49,510 nucleotides of DNA from Candidatus Melainabacteria bacterium (GCA_023250205.1 JAHFBE010000004.1:4359-53868); one strand, 5' to 3'; counted from the first letter of the stretch, positions 1 through 10,600 are shown. Numbers and translations are program-made. The notes: generated from the sequence alone by a model not told the origin.

Positions 1-141
1 AAGAGCATATGCAGGTATGGTTACTATAGGACCGGCAATACCAGCACCACCACCTAATCCACCTTCTCCGCCATGGTGTGCTTCTGATGGCAAAGCAAAA
101 AGAGACAGGGAAATAATTAATAGAAATAATTTTAAATTCAT
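1..141 (-). CDS. 5' part of a secreted protein running off the window edge; possibly an outer-membrane transporter-like protein
   Basis: Not in the ORF track. Manual translation from ATG at 141 gives MNLKLFLLIISLSLFALPSEA-HHGGEGGLGGGAGIAGPIVTIPAYAL..., a clear Sec signal peptide with an open frame to base 1. Confidence 0.7.
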   Translation of the reverse strand, partial: MNLKLFLLIISLSLFALPSEAHHGGEGGLGGGAGIAGPIVTIPAYAL

Positions 142-214
142 TGAAACTAAAGCCAAGCAATTACAGAAATAACCGTGTAATTTTAGCTTAATGATTGGAG
201 CAATACAAAAAGGA

Positions 215-394
215 TTAGTTTTTAATAACTTCATATCCTCTTTGTTGTAATCTGGCAATGTCTATTTTTTGTTGTTTTTTTGAGCTATCTCCTTCAGAAT
301 GATCTGTTCTTTCTAAATGATGTCTTAGCATTGATACTTGTTTTTGATTTAAGCCCGTTGTATCTATATATGACGGGATGCCTCTTAACTTCAT
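215..394 (-). CDS. Small hypothetical protein (59 aa, MKLRGIPSY...)
   Basis: Part of ORF 215..460. Start moved to ATG 394 because AAAGGAG (SD) lies just upstream. Confidence 0.6.
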   Translation of the reverse strand: MKLRGIPSYIDTTGLNQKQVSMLRHHLERTDHSEGDSSKKQQKIDIARLQQRGYEVIKN

Positions 395-487
395 AAAATC
401 TCCTTTAATATTAAAGTTTTGTAGTTTAGATATTAAAGCATGCTCTATTCCTAAAATCAATTAAGGTAAAATTTGTTATAACTATTC

Positions 488-588
488 ACGTCATTGCGAG
501 GAGGCTCTGAAAGAGCCGACGTGGCAATCTCCAAACGTTCTTGAGATTGCTTCGTCGTCCGCCATAGGCGGACTCCTCGCAATGACGT
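488..588. repeat. Palindromic REP-like element, CGTC/GTCATTGCGAG family, full copy
   Basis: ACGTCATTGCGAGGAG...GACGTGGCAATCTC-spacer-GAGATTGCTTCGTC...CTCCTCGCAATGACGT. Long inverted repeat with internal hairpins GGCTCT-GAA-AGAGCC and GTCCGCC-ATA-GGCGGAC. Confidence 0.9.
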
Positions 589-635
589 TATGAGCTAGCA
601 ATTTAAAAGACCTAAACGTTTAATATTAGTCGTTC

Positions 636-1058
636 TTAAATCCCACTTCCTAGATCTAGAAAAGTCTTTGAAATACCTTTAAAAGAGTCAATTGAGTCTG
701 TAAATTCCTCAGGATTAATTAGTGTGGACAAACTGGCTTCATTCCTGGCTGGGGTTTCAAAGACTTCTTCATTTCCTTTTTCATCTTTAATTGTCCAGAT
801 GGTTTTATCTCTGTAGGCGCGTGATTTTAAAGAACCTTGTTTACCTGTAATTTCAAATGGAAGTCTAATATCGATAGCCTGTTGTGGACATATTTTTACA
901 CATGCAACACAGTCCCAACAATCTGCATTGCAGGCAATTTGTGCTTTTCCATTTGATTGCATTAAAATTAAATCGCCAGGACAAGCCATATTACAAGGAG
1001 TTTCATGATCTGGAAACCCACAACCATTACATAAATTTTGATCAATGTAAATGCCCAT
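636..1058 (-). CDS. aprB: Adenylylsulfate reductase beta-subunit-like 2x[4Fe-4S] ferredoxin with C-terminal extension
   Basis: CxxC...CxxxCPGD and CWDCxxCVKICP motifs plus an AprB-like tail (IDIRLPF...TIWTI...FETP). An aprA-like gene is nearby on the same strand. Confidence 0.75.
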   Translation of the reverse strand: MGIYIDQNLCNGCGFPDHETPCNMACPGDLILMQSNGKAQIACNADCWDCVACVKICPQQAIDIRLPFEITGKQGSLKSRAYRDKTIWTIKDEKGNEEVFETPARNEASLSTLINPEEFTDSIDSFKGISKTFLDLGSGI

Positions 1059-1159
1059 ACCTTTTAATGGTAAATCGTTCTGATTTAAAATTCAATATTA
1101 ATTTATTATTAAGATCTAAATTGTGATGTGTTTAGCTGCTAAAAGCATTTAAATCTTAA

Positions 1160-1189
1160 TTGACTCTATAAGGTGCAGATTTGTAGAAT
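1160..1189 (+). promoter_or_regulatory. Sigma70-type promoter for 1198..1722, probably near-leaderless
   Basis: TTGACT-N18-TAGAAT, with ATG 8 nt after the -10 box. Confidence 0.5.
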
Positions 1190-1197
1190 AGGTTCTT

Positions 1198-1722
1198 ATG
1201 TTTGGATTATCAAAATTATTTTCAAACCCACCTGTTAAGCCGCCAACTCCAGTTTTCCCTCAGGTAAAAATTGACAAACCATCAATTGATGAACTCTTAG
1301 AGAGAGCAAGGAATACCCTCGATGTTACTGATATTAAAGTTCTTTTAGATAGTGCAGCTGAAAATGATGTTCCTGTAATTCTTGAGCTTCAATTTGAGGG
1401 AAATGCTCTTATTACAATAGCTGCTGCAAGGATTCAAAGAACTTCTACTTATATGGGAAATCTAGTAGTTAGATTTAAGGATTTTTCTGAAGAGGATAGA
1501 TTGTTAGCCAGAAAAGCTATGGAGCTAATAGTTGGAGAATCAGCCAGACGTTTTAATCCACCCCATTGCATGTTCTTTTATAGTGATGTTCAACTTATGT
1601 TGTCACAAGATGGAAAAAATAATCATAAAGTTACTCAGATTCATTTGCCAAATAACATTAAGTCAAAAATAAAAGATAAGGAAAATAAAATATTTACTGT
1701 AGATTCTGTTGAAGATTTGTAA
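1198..1722 (+). CDS. Hypothetical protein (174 aa), Pro-rich N-terminus
   Basis: Long ORF filling the aprB-aprA gap with a promoter upstream; no recognised family. Confidence 0.7.
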   Translation: MFGLSKLFSNPPVKPPTPVFPQVKIDKPSIDELLERARNTLDVTDIKVLLDSAAENDVPVILELQFEGNALITIAAARIQRTSTYMGNLVVRFKDFSEEDRLLARKAMELIVGESARRFNPPHCMFFYSDVQLMLSQDGKNNHKVTQIHLPNNIKSKIKDKENKIFTVDSVEDL

Positions 1723-1727
1723 TTAGC

Positions 1728-3446
1728 CTACTTTTGAAGCGTTTTTAAATTAAGAGTTTCACATTTTCTTTCGATAATGCTTACTTTATCTTTTTCTTTA
1801 TCATAGACTGAGTTTATAAATTTTAACCAGTTTTTATCGTCACGGTTGGGATAGTCCCCCCTGCTTTGATAAATAGGCCATCTAGTTTCTTTTCTATATA
1901 AAAGATGTTCTATTAACACAGTCGCTACATCAAGTCTATCTATGACTTCATGGCATTTCATAAGTTCATGGAGATTTTGAGCATAAAGATATTTTGTTTC
2001 TTCTTTTAACTGTTTTATATGTTTTCTTGCTTTTAAAAGTTTTTGTTCATTTAAAATATAATCACTTGAAATGCCACCGGCATATTCATCCATAATTTTT
2101 TGCATTCTAAGTTCTAGTTCGTCAGGCAAGATTTCTTTGCTTTGTCTTTCCATGAAATTAAATACTCTTTTTAATTCATCTTTAATATCTTTATCATTTA
2201 TGTCTTCAGAATTAATTTTATTTAGATTTGGAATAATATCTCTTGCTGCAATCATTCCTTCTGCACCTGCTCCAGAGAGATATTTCTTTGGTGCTCCTCC
2301 TGCTACATCTCCAGCAGCATAAAGGTTTTCAATGTTAGACATTCTGTTTGTGTTTATCCAGTAACCTGCCTGTGCATGTCCACCTACGATATATGGTTCA
2401 GTACTGGTAATCTCTGGTGGATCTATATCAGGAGTAGTTCCTCTGCTTGTCCAGTATAAAGTTAATCCTGGCGTCATATGCAAATAAAATGCTTTTAATT
2501 TTTCTGCCTGCTCTTTGGTAAGGTGTGTGGTATCTAAATAACAAGGGCCTCTTCCTTCTTTGTTTTCCTGCAATGTAGCCCACATTCTCATTGCAGTTGG
2601 CATGGATTTACCACCCTTCTCTAGATATCTTTCCTCTAGATATCTTTCCCCAAGGGAGTTTACCTGCTGTGCTTTAACACCCTGAGCTACTGCTCCTGTT
2701 GGTGCCATTAGATCCTTTATTCTCATGCTTACATAGCGCATCTCAAATGTAGTCATTTCAGCACCAGCTCGTATACCTATTGCATAGCCTGCTCCAGTAT
2801 TGAAAGGTGAATACCACATTTTATGCCTGGATTCACCTTCGTTATTTGGCTTATAAATTCCGCTTGCACCACCGGTTGCTACAAGAACAGCTTTAGCCTG
2901 AATCACATAAAATTTCCCATCCCTTACTCCAAATCCAAACGCTCCGCAGACTTTGTTCTTATCTTTGATTAGGTTTGTGACAACAACTCTATTTAAAATT
3001 TTTGCTTTAGTGGCTTTAGTAGCCTGAGCAATGATGGGTTTAACTCTTTCTCCCTGCACGACAATAGATCCACGTCCCCGGGTATAATACTCTCCGTTTT
3101 CATCTTTTGGTATTGGTAAACCCCACTCTTCAAGAAGTTTAACTACATTGTTTATTTCTTTTGCAATTGTGTAAACAAGATCTTCTCTTATAAGATCCAT
3201 AGAATCATTCTTTACATACTCTACAAATGATTCAGGTGTTTGCCCCGGAGTTAAATAAGCATTTATTGCATTCACTCCTGCAGCCAAACAACCACTTCTA
3301 TCAATATGAGCCTTTTCAAGAATTAAAACATCAATATTTGGATTTAATTTTTTTGCTTCATATGCAGCAAAACAACCAGCAGCACCAGCACCAATGATTA
3401 AAAAATCTGTTTTAATTTTTTCAATTTTCTCTGAATTAAAATCCAT
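1728..3446 (-). CDS. aprA: Adenylylsulfate reductase alpha subunit (FAD flavoprotein, AprA-like, probably assimilatory type)
   Basis: GAGAAG FAD motif, RSGCLAAGVNAINAY, WYSPFNTGAG, EPYIVGGH and RKETRWP. ATG 3446 is preferred over TTG 3485 because TGG-TAAACT lies 7 nt upstream. Confidence 0.85.
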   Translation of the reverse strand: MDFNSEKIEKIKTDFLIIGAGAAGCFAAYEAKKLNPNIDVLILEKAHIDRSGCLAAGVNAINAYLTPGQTPESFVEYVKNDSMDLIREDLVYTIAKEINNVVKLLEEWGLPIPKDENGEYYTRGRGSIVVQGERVKPIIAQATKATKAKILNRVVVTNLIKDKNKVCGAFGFGVRDGKFYVIQAKAVLVATGGASGIYKPNNEGESRHKMWYSPFNTGAGYAIGIRAGAEMTTFEMRYVSMRIKDLMAPTGAVAQGVKAQQVNSLGERYLEERYLEKGGKSMPTAMRMWATLQENKEGRGPCYLDTTHLTKEQAEKLKAFYLHMTPGLTLYWTSRGTTPDIDPPEITSTEPYIVGGHAQAGYWINTNRMSNIENLYAAGDVAGGAPKKYLSGAGAEGMIAARDIIPNLNKINSEDINDKDIKDELKRVFNFMERQSKEILPDELELRMQKIMDEYAGGISSDYILNEQKLLKARKHIKQLKEETKYLYAQNLHELMKCHEVIDRLDVATVLIEHLLYRKETRWPIYQSRGDYPNRDDKNWLKFINSVYDKEKDKVSIIERKCETLNLKTLQK

Positions 3447-3558
3447 AGCTAATAGTTTACCAATTGTATGAAAAAGCTTACTCAATTACTACACAAATTT
3501 TCCAAATAAAATAGATTATCGATCAATATAGACTTATAATATTCATCAAGAGTTACAA

Positions 3559-5190
3559 ATGGACAACATAATTAACAGGGTTGGTGGAAATCCTTTACCG
3601 CCTTCTGATAAAAGTAAGGCTTTAATAGTACATCCGTCTTCTGCTAAATCTGAAAATAATTCTAAGGGAACTGAGCCTGAGAGACTCCCTGTAGAAACGG
3701 TTGATCATCGTCAGTATCCTCATTTACTGGTTGGGTTGAGAAATGCACTTATACCTTTTGAAACACTGGAAAAATATATTTCCTGGCAAAGAAGTAAACT
3801 AGAAACAAATGATATCCTTCGTTTTCGTAATGCAACAAGAATAGATCGTAATGTTCAGGGAACGATGGAAGACTTGATATCCAGCTTCTCAAAGAATAAT
3901 ACAGATCTAATAGCAGTATTAAAGAAAAGGCTGATTTTGTCTTTGGACTTTGAAGAAAAAGTTGTTCTTTTAAAAACATTCTTTTCTACTGAAAATGAAA
4001 GTGAGCTTTATGATTCTTTTTTACTTCCTTCTTTGGAGCAAAGACAGGGATTTGAAAATTTTGATACGAATCATCAGTTTGCTATGTATTTTTTGTCATC
4101 TCTGGATGATAAAACTGTAAACAAAATTCTCTCAGAAATTGACTATGGACATGTAACTGACCCCGAAGCTTTAGCAAAATCACTCCTAAAAATTACACCT
4201 CCTGAACATATATTTGATTTCTTAATTAAAATGAATGACAAGCTTTTGGCTGAAAATAATGATTCTCCTGAGCATAAGGAAAAAATTGAACAGATACAAA
4301 GAATATTTGTCCTTTGTTTAAAGGAGTTAGAAGAGATTCCAGGATTTCTTCCAAAAGAACATTTAAAAAGAATCTATGACACTACGACTGATTATGATAT
4401 TAGAAATGAGATGGCAGACATTATAGCGATCCATTCACCCGGAGAAGCTACAAAGATATTTACAAACAGATTTAAAGATCAAGGTGACTTTAGTGATGAA
4501 ATAAGAAGAAAACGTTTTTATGCTATTAGCCACTATGCAAATGCAAATAAAGAATATGCAGTGCCAACTGTAAAAGATATGCTTTATAAAGAAGAAGATC
4601 CTTTTGTTGCTGCTATTGCAATCTACCAGTTAGTAAATGTCTGTAATCCAGAAGGGCAAGGAGCTTTGGCTAATTTAATAGTTAAGCAAATTAGAGAATG
4701 TAAGCCGTCAATTCCACTTGGAACAGCAATATCATTATTGCCATATAATGAAAACTTTGAAAGGGTTATAAAAAATATTTTAAGCAGATACTACAAGCCA
4801 AATGAGGGCTTAAAACAAGCACTTAAACAATTGGAGAACATTCCACTTTCTCCAATTTCAAGATCTGATAAAAACGTGATTTTGTTTAACCCTACTTTAG
4901 AGCACAACTCAGATCTTGTAATGATTTTAATTGATACAGTTGGACTTGAAAATTTAATTAAATGGGCAACAAATACTAAAAAAGATATTTCCAGAGAAGA
5001 ACTTTCTAGTAAAAACAATGCATTGGATATTTTGGATTATGCTTGGCAATCTCATAGGGTAGAAATGACTGAGATGTTTCTTGAGCTAATGCCATTAGGA
5101 GAAGATAGTGAATTGAAATTAGCTTCCAAAGGGTTAATTGGAATTGGTGGAGCAAAGGATGAAGCGCCTGAATTAAAGCCTTTGAGTTAA
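3559..5190 (+). CDS. Hypothetical alpha-helical protein with probable HEAT-like repeats (543 aa)
   Basis: Long ORF. Segments such as IRNEMADIIA, RRKRFYAISHY and EEDPFVAAIAIYQL resemble HEAT repeats; the N-terminus is Pro/Ser-rich and probably disordered. Confidence 0.7.
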   Translation: MDNIINRVGGNPLPPSDKSKALIVHPSSAKSENNSKGTEPERLPVETVDHRQYPHLLVGLRNALIPFETLEKYISWQRSKLETNDILRFRNATRIDRNVQGTMEDLISSFSKNNTDLIAVLKKRLILSLDFEEKVVLLKTFFSTENESELYDSFLLPSLEQRQGFENFDTNHQFAMYFLSSLDDKTVNKILSEIDYGHVTDPEALAKSLLKITPPEHIFDFLIKMNDKLLAENNDSPEHKEKIEQIQRIFVLCLKELEEIPGFLPKEHLKRIYDTTTDYDIRNEMADIIAIHSPGEATKIFTNRFKDQGDFSDEIRRKRFYAISHYANANKEYAVPTVKDMLYKEEDPFVAAIAIYQLVNVCNPEGQGALANLIVKQIRECKPSIPLGTAISLLPYNENFERVIKNILSRYYKPNEGLKQALKQLENIPLSPISRSDKNVILFNPTLEHNSDLVMILIDTVGLENLIKWATNTKKDISREELSSKNNALDILDYAWQSHRVEMTEMFLELMPLGEDSELKLASKGLIGIGGAKDEAPELKPLS

Positions 5191-5328
5191 GTAGTAAGAA
5201 CAAATCTTTATAATGAATTAATTTTTGTAGGCTTAAAAAGGTTGATTCAAGACCGTTAATTTCGCTATTATTTAAATATAGTTTTGGTTAAGAATTATTT
5301 AAGAAGGAAATAATCTAGAGGGATTTAT

Positions 5329-6732
5329 ATGGTTGGAGGAGTTACTTTTTCACCAAGCGGTTATTGGGATAGTTATGTCTCAGGAGCTACAACACCTCTT
5401 TCAGGAAGAAAACTGAGAGGGGAATATACGAGTATTGATGAGGCTGTAACAGAATCAAAAAAGACTGATATAACAGACTATGTAAAAAAAGGTCATTTGT
5501 GGGGTGGAGTAAGTACAGGAGTAGGGGCATTATTTGGCTATTTCTATACAAAAGTAGAAAGTGGTTTTTGGAAAGCAATACTTGGTTTTATAAGTGCTAC
5601 CAATATTCTTAGTGGATTAGCTCAAGTAGTGATTGCAACTGTTTGTAAAAACCCTGAAGAGGAAAAGATGAAACAACTTCTTCCTAATTATATTACAAAG
5701 GAAGATGCTTCAATAACCCTGGATGAGATGGATTTAGAAAAACATCAAAAGGAGACCCTTGAATTTATTGTAGATAAAGCAAAAAAACAAGGAGTGGTAG
5801 TTAATGCTTACGGACCTGTTGGGGTTGGCAAAACTATGAGTGGAAGAGCTATTGGTGGGGAACTTGTTAAACAGGGCGCCTGTAAAGCGGCTAAAGTATG
5901 GATTTCAAAAGATGATTTTCTTAAGGTTGAAACTATAGATAGAGCTGGCAAGCCTATTTCTATTTTTGGATATACGATTGTTGGTGGTGAAACAATAGCA
6001 CAGAGAATTGAAAGAGTCGTTGCAAATGCAATTAAACATTATAAGGAAACTGGTGAATATGTCGTTGTTGTTTTAGATGAAGCTCAAGTTCTTCTTGAAG
6101 GTCATGATATGTGGGGGGATTATAAATATAATAGGAGTTCAACTGATCCAAATGATAGACCTCAAGTTATTCAAGCATGGGCAAAAATTGTTGATAGGGT
6201 TCAAAGTGAAACAGGAGATTGTAAAGGTGTAGTGTTGGTCTCAACTTCTAATTGTGAATATAATCCATTTGAATTTTTGAAAAGAAGGATGGAGGATTTG
6301 CATTTAAATAGACCAGATGAAGAACGTAGAGAACAATTTTACAGAACATATATTCCAAAATTTTTAAAGAAAAATGGACTTGAATCAATTACATTAAACG
6401 ATAATGACTATAAAGAACTTGCAAAAATAGGAACAGAAAATGTATTTAAAAAATATTATGAACATATGCGTACAACAGGTTCATTTGCTTATGATCATCT
6501 CCCTGACTATGTAAGGCCTTTTGAGGAAGAACTTAAAAAGTATCCAATGTTACATATTGATGCTATGGTGAAAGGTATAGATAAAGCAATTTTTGAAGCT
6601 AAAAAAGGAGGAGATTTTCTCTCTAAATTAAAAGAGAGATTAAGGCTAACTACAGATGAAGCTTTAGGTAGAAAGCAAGCAATTGAAGATGAACTTCAGG
6701 GAAGATTAAAAGACACTATATCAACTTATTAG
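5329..6732 (+). CDS. Divergent AAA+ ATPase with N-terminal membrane hairpin
   Basis: Walker A GPVGVGKT, Walker B VVVVLDE, sensor-1-like STSN and a KRR arginine-finger region. Two hydrophobic segments lie at about aa 57-105. SD GAGGG upstream. Confidence 0.75.
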   Translation: MVGGVTFSPSGYWDSYVSGATTPLSGRKLRGEYTSIDEAVTESKKTDITDYVKKGHLWGGVSTGVGALFGYFYTKVESGFWKAILGFISATNILSGLAQVVIATVCKNPEEEKMKQLLPNYITKEDASITLDEMDLEKHQKETLEFIVDKAKKQGVVVNAYGPVGVGKTMSGRAIGGELVKQGACKAAKVWISKDDFLKVETIDRAGKPISIFGYTIVGGETIAQRIERVVANAIKHYKETGEYVVVVLDEAQVLLEGHDMWGDYKYNRSSTDPNDRPQVIQAWAKIVDRVQSETGDCKGVVLVSTSNCEYNPFEFLKRRMEDLHLNRPDEERREQFYRTYIPKFLKKNGLESITLNDNDYKELAKIGTENVFKKYYEHMRTTGSFAYDHLPDYVRPFEEELKKYPMLHIDAMVKGIDKAIFEAKKGGDFLSKLKERLRLTTDEALGRKQAIEDELQGRLKDTISTY

Positions 6733-6757
6733 TAAGACTAAAATGAAATATTAAATA

Positions 6758-7798
6758 ATGCTAGATTCAACAAAAATACAAACTTTAAAAAATGGATTGT
6801 CTTTGGCTGTCTTTGTTCGTGATGAATTGAGAAGGCGCTCAGAAACAGGCTTACCAGCTGAGAATATAGATAAAAATCTTATTAGTGAAATAATTTCAGG
6901 AAATCCAGAAGCAAGAGCTAAATTGCCATCAGATCCTGAAGCTCAAGAATCAGTCTGTAAAGTAATAGCAGCACAAATAAGAATTGCAGATGAAATTAAT
7001 GAAAAAGAATCTATTACAAAAGATGAGTTAATGAATCTTTTAAATGAACCATGTGTTTCAGAAGCTATTCAAGAAACAGGAATGACCTCTAAAGATGTTA
7101 GAGAAATTCTAGGAAATACTTTTGACATGTTAATTGGACTTTCAACTCAGCTTACCGCGTCAGATCCGATTTCACAAATGTTTGCCGGATCAATACTTGT
7201 TAAACTTCGCACTTTTGGCATTTCTGATAAGGAGTTAAATGAATTAAGTAAAAACAAGAAAATATCTTTGTCATTATTACCTAAACTGTCACAAGCTGCT
7301 AAAGATAGTGGATTAGCTCCATTAATTGAAGGACGAGGTATTAATTTAAGTCTTTTAGAATTATTACCTTTACTTTTAGATCCTTCAACTAGTTCTGTTG
7401 TTTCTTCAAGTTCTGTACCTGAAAAACCAGCAACCAGTCCATTAACTTCATCTTCCCCTGCACCACAGCCAGAAGAAATTGTGGGTGCTGCAATCGGTGG
7501 TGTATTAGAAGGGTTAGGATTTAAGAAAGAAGGAGAAGAAAAAAAAACAACTACTCAAGAACAAAAAGATAAAGATAAAAAAGAAGAAAAAGTTGGCTGG
7601 GGAAATGGTTATGGAAAATGGATTCTTGGTGGATGCTCTGCACTTTTAGGGAGTATAGGATTTTTTGTGGAAGATAATGTTATAAAAACAGTTTTAATTG
7701 GTTTTGGGGCATTGGGTGTTGGTGGTGCAATAGCATCAAATGTTGAAAGTGTGCAGACTATGTTTGGTGCACCACCTAAACCTCAGAAACAATCTTAA
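6758..7798 (+). CDS. Hypothetical protein with C-terminal double-TM hairpin (346 aa)
   Basis: Starts 25 nt after the AAA gene. Helical N-domain, Ser/Pro linker, charged tract, then two Gly-rich hydrophobic helices. Confidence 0.75.
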   Translation: MLDSTKIQTLKNGLSLAVFVRDELRRRSETGLPAENIDKNLISEIISGNPEARAKLPSDPEAQESVCKVIAAQIRIADEINEKESITKDELMNLLNEPCVSEAIQETGMTSKDVREILGNTFDMLIGLSTQLTASDPISQMFAGSILVKLRTFGISDKELNELSKNKKISLSLLPKLSQAAKDSGLAPLIEGRGINLSLLELLPLLLDPSTSSVVSSSSVPEKPATSPLTSSSPAPQPEEIVGAAIGGVLEGLGFKKEGEEKKTTTQEQKDKDKKEEKVGWGNGYGKWILGGCSALLGSIGFFVEDNVIKTVLIGFGALGVGGAIASNVESVQTMFGAPPKPQKQS

Positions 7799-7935
7799 AC
7801 CCTTAAAAAACCATTAACTACAATTATCTTTACGTTAGTAAAACCCTGAAACTTGGAATGAAAACATTGTATTGCATATAGTGCTAGTTCTTTTGGCTAG
7901 TACAAAAACATTCTTAATCATTATAATTATCTATT

Positions 7936-10581
7936 ATGGATTTTAATAAATTAACAACAAATTCACAGCAAGCACTTGCAGAATGTAGATCAATACTTGA
8001 AAAGTATGAACACTCAGCACTTGAGCCTGAGCATATTTTAATTTCTTTAATTGAGCAAATAGATGGAATTGCTTCAAAAATATTAGATGAAGTTGGTGTA
8101 AGTAAAAAAAGAATTATAGATAAAATAAATGAATATTTAGCAAAACAGCCCAAGGGAAGAGCTTCAGCTACTGGTGGAGATCAATTATATTTAAGTTCTA
8201 AAGCAAATCTACTTCTTGAAAAGGCATTTGATGAAGCTAAAAACATGAAAGATGAATATATAAGCGTAGAGCATATTTTACTTGCTATTGCTGATGCTAA
8301 TTCCAGGAGTGAAGCTCACAAAATTTTAAAAGACGAAGGTGTTACAAGAGAGCAGATTCTAAAGGTATTAACTAAAATAAGAGGAAATCAAAGAATTACC
8401 AGTCCTACTCCTGAAGCTACTTATGATGCTCTGGGTAAATATGGACGTGATCTTACAGAAACTGCAAAAAAAGGAAAACTTGATCCTGTAATTGGAAGAG
8501 ATGAAGAAATCAGAAGGGTGATTCAGGTTTTATCCCGAAGAACAAAAAATAATCCTGTTTTAATTGGTGAACCTGGTGTAGGTAAGACTGCAATTGTAGA
8601 GGGGCTTGCACAAAGAATTGTAAGAGGTGATATTCCTGAAGGACTAAAAGATAAAAAAGTCATTGTTCTTGATATGGGAGCTTTAATTGCCGGTGCAAAA
8701 TTCCGTGGTGAATTTGAAGAGAGATTAAAAGCAGTTTTAAAAGAAGTTCAGTCTCATGAGGGAGAAGTGATTTTATTTATCGATGAATTGCATACTGTTG
8801 TAGGTGCGGGTTCAACTGGTGAAGGTGCTATGGATGCTGGCAATCTTTTAAAACCAGCACTTGCTCGTGGGGAATTGCATTGTATAGGAGCTACTACTCT
8901 GGATGAGTATAGAAAGCATATTGAAAAAGATGCAGCGCTTGAAAGAAGATTTCAAACAGTGTTTGTAGATGAACCTTCAGTAGAAGAAACTATTTCTATA
9001 TTAAGAGGCTTGAGAGAAAGATATGAAGTTCACCATGGTGTGAGAATTAAAGATGCGGCATTAGTAAGTGCTGCAGTTTTAAGTCATAGATATATTTCAG
9101 ATAGATTCTTGCCTGATAAAGCGATTGACTTAGTAGATGAAGCAGGAGCAAAACTTAGAATAGAAATTGATTCTATGCCGGTTGAATTGGATGAGCTAGA
9201 AAGAAGAAGAATACAGCTCAGTATTGAAAGAGAAGCGTTAAAGAAAGAAAATGATTCTGCCTCTAAAGAAAGGCTTGAAAAGTTAGAAAAGGAATTAAAT
9301 GAATTACAGGCAAAGGCTGATATCTTAAAAGCTCAGTGGCAGAAAGAAAAAGGTGGAATCTCTGTAATTAGACAAATTAAAGAACAAATTGAGGAAACAA
9401 AAAGACAGATAGATAAAGCAGAAAGAGAAACAGACTTACAGAAAGCTGCAGAGCTAAAGTATGGAAAATTAAATGAATTAGAAAAAAAATTAAAACAGGC
9501 ATCACAAGCAGGTTCTCCTGAAAGTAATGGAAGGATGTTGAAGGAAGAGATAGATGAAGATGATATTGCAGAAGTGGTTTCTAAGTGGACACATATTCCT
9601 ATAAGCAAATTGCTTGAAAGTGAAAAACAAAAGCTTATAAAACTTGAAGATGAAATTCATAAGCGTGTAATAGGGCAGGAAGAAGGAGTTGTAGCGGTTT
9701 GTAATGCAATTCGAAGATCAAGATCTGGCTTAAGTGATCCACAAAAACCAATTGGATCTTTTATTTTCCTTGGTCCAACTGGTGTAGGTAAAACAGAATT
9801 AGCTAAATCGCTTGCTTATGTTTTGTTTGATGATGAGCAAAATATGATTAGAATTGATATGAGTGAATATCAGGAAAAGCATACAGTAAGCAGATTGATT
9901 GGTGCACCGCCTGGATATGTTGGATTTGAAGAAGGTGGACAGCTTACTGAACAGGTGAGAAGAAAACCATATTCTGTAGTTTTATTCGATGAAATTGAAA
10001 AAGCACATGCTGATATCTTTAACATCCTTTTGCAGGTTTTAGATGATGGCAGGTTAACTGATTCTCAAGGCAGAGTGGTTGATTTTAAAAATACAACTAT
10101 TATAATGACAAGTAATATTGGTAGTCAGATTATCCTTGAACATCAATTAAAACTCAGCATGGATGGTGGAGATTCTGAAGTTTATTATGAACAGGTCAAA
10201 GAAAAAGCTTTTGGTATTTTAAGAGAACATTTCAGACCAGAATTCTTAAACAGAGTAGATGAAATAGTTGTCTTTAACCCGCTTAAAACAAGTGAATTAA
10301 CAAAAATTGTTGATATTCAGTTAGAGCATATTAAAAAGAGATTAGAGGAAAGGAAAATAAAGCTGGAATTAACAGATGACGCAAAAGAACATCTGGCTAG
10401 AGTTGGTTATGATCCTACCTTTGGTGCTAGACCTTTGAAGAGATTAATTCAAAAAGAGCTTGAAAATGAACTTGCAAAGGAACTTTTAAGTGGGAGATTT
10501 TCTGAAGGTGACATTATTAAAGTAGATTATGATGGGGATAAAGTTGTTTTTACTAAATTGGCGCACAAAGTGAAAATTTAA
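7936..10581 (+). CDS. clpB: ATP-dependent chaperone ClpB
   Basis: Clp N-domains, GEPGVGKT (NBD1), long coiled-coil M-domain, GPTGVGKT (NBD2), RIDMSEY and GAPPGYVG. Confidence 0.97.
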   Translation: MDFNKLTTNSQQALAECRSILEKYEHSALEPEHILISLIEQIDGIASKILDEVGVSKKRIIDKINEYLAKQPKGRASATGGDQLYLSSKANLLLEKAFDEAKNMKDEYISVEHILLAIADANSRSEAHKILKDEGVTREQILKVLTKIRGNQRITSPTPEATYDALGKYGRDLTETAKKGKLDPVIGRDEEIRRVIQVLSRRTKNNPVLIGEPGVGKTAIVEGLAQRIVRGDIPEGLKDKKVIVLDMGALIAGAKFRGEFEERLKAVLKEVQSHEGEVILFIDELHTVVGAGSTGEGAMDAGNLLKPALARGELHCIGATTLDEYRKHIEKDAALERRFQTVFVDEPSVEETISILRGLRERYEVHHGVRIKDAALVSAAVLSHRYISDRFLPDKAIDLVDEAGAKLRIEIDSMPVELDELERRRIQLSIEREALKKENDSASKERLEKLEKELNELQAKADILKAQWQKEKGGISVIRQIKEQIEETKRQIDKAERETDLQKAAELKYGKLNELEKKLKQASQAGSPESNGRMLKEEIDEDDIAEVVSKWTHIPISKLLESEKQKLIKLEDEIHKRVIGQEEGVVAVCNAIRRSRSGLSDPQKPIGSFIFLGPTGVGKTELAKSLAYVLFDDEQNMIRIDMSEYQEKHTVSRLIGAPPGYVGFEEGGQLTEQVRRKPYSVVLFDEIEKAHADIFNILLQVLDDGRLTDSQGRVVDFKNTTIIMTSNIGSQIILEHQLKLSMDGGDSEVYYEQVKEKAFGILREHFRPEFLNRVDEIVVFNPLKTSELTKIVDIQLEHIKKRLEERKIKLELTDDAKEHLARVGYDPTFGARPLKRLIQKELENELAKELLSGRFSEGDIIKVDYDGDKVVFTKLAHKVKI

Positions 10582-10600
10582 TAATGTATAACACTCTATA

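Noticed and set aside
884-1126. 80-aa + strand ORF
   Set aside because: Overlaps the aprB-like gene antisense; no independent support.
1728-3446. Flavoprotein as SdhA/FrdA/NadB, or as proof of dissimilatory sulfate reduction
   Set aside because: The motifs and ferredoxin partner fit AprA better, and no qmo/dsr/sat genes are in the window to support respiration.
7879-7905. Inverted repeat GTGCTAG-N9-CTAGTAC upstream of clpB as a CIRCE element
   Set aside because: The half-sites are everted relative to TTAGCACTC-N9-GAGTGCTAA and no proper left arm exists. It may be some operator, but there is only one imperfect instance.
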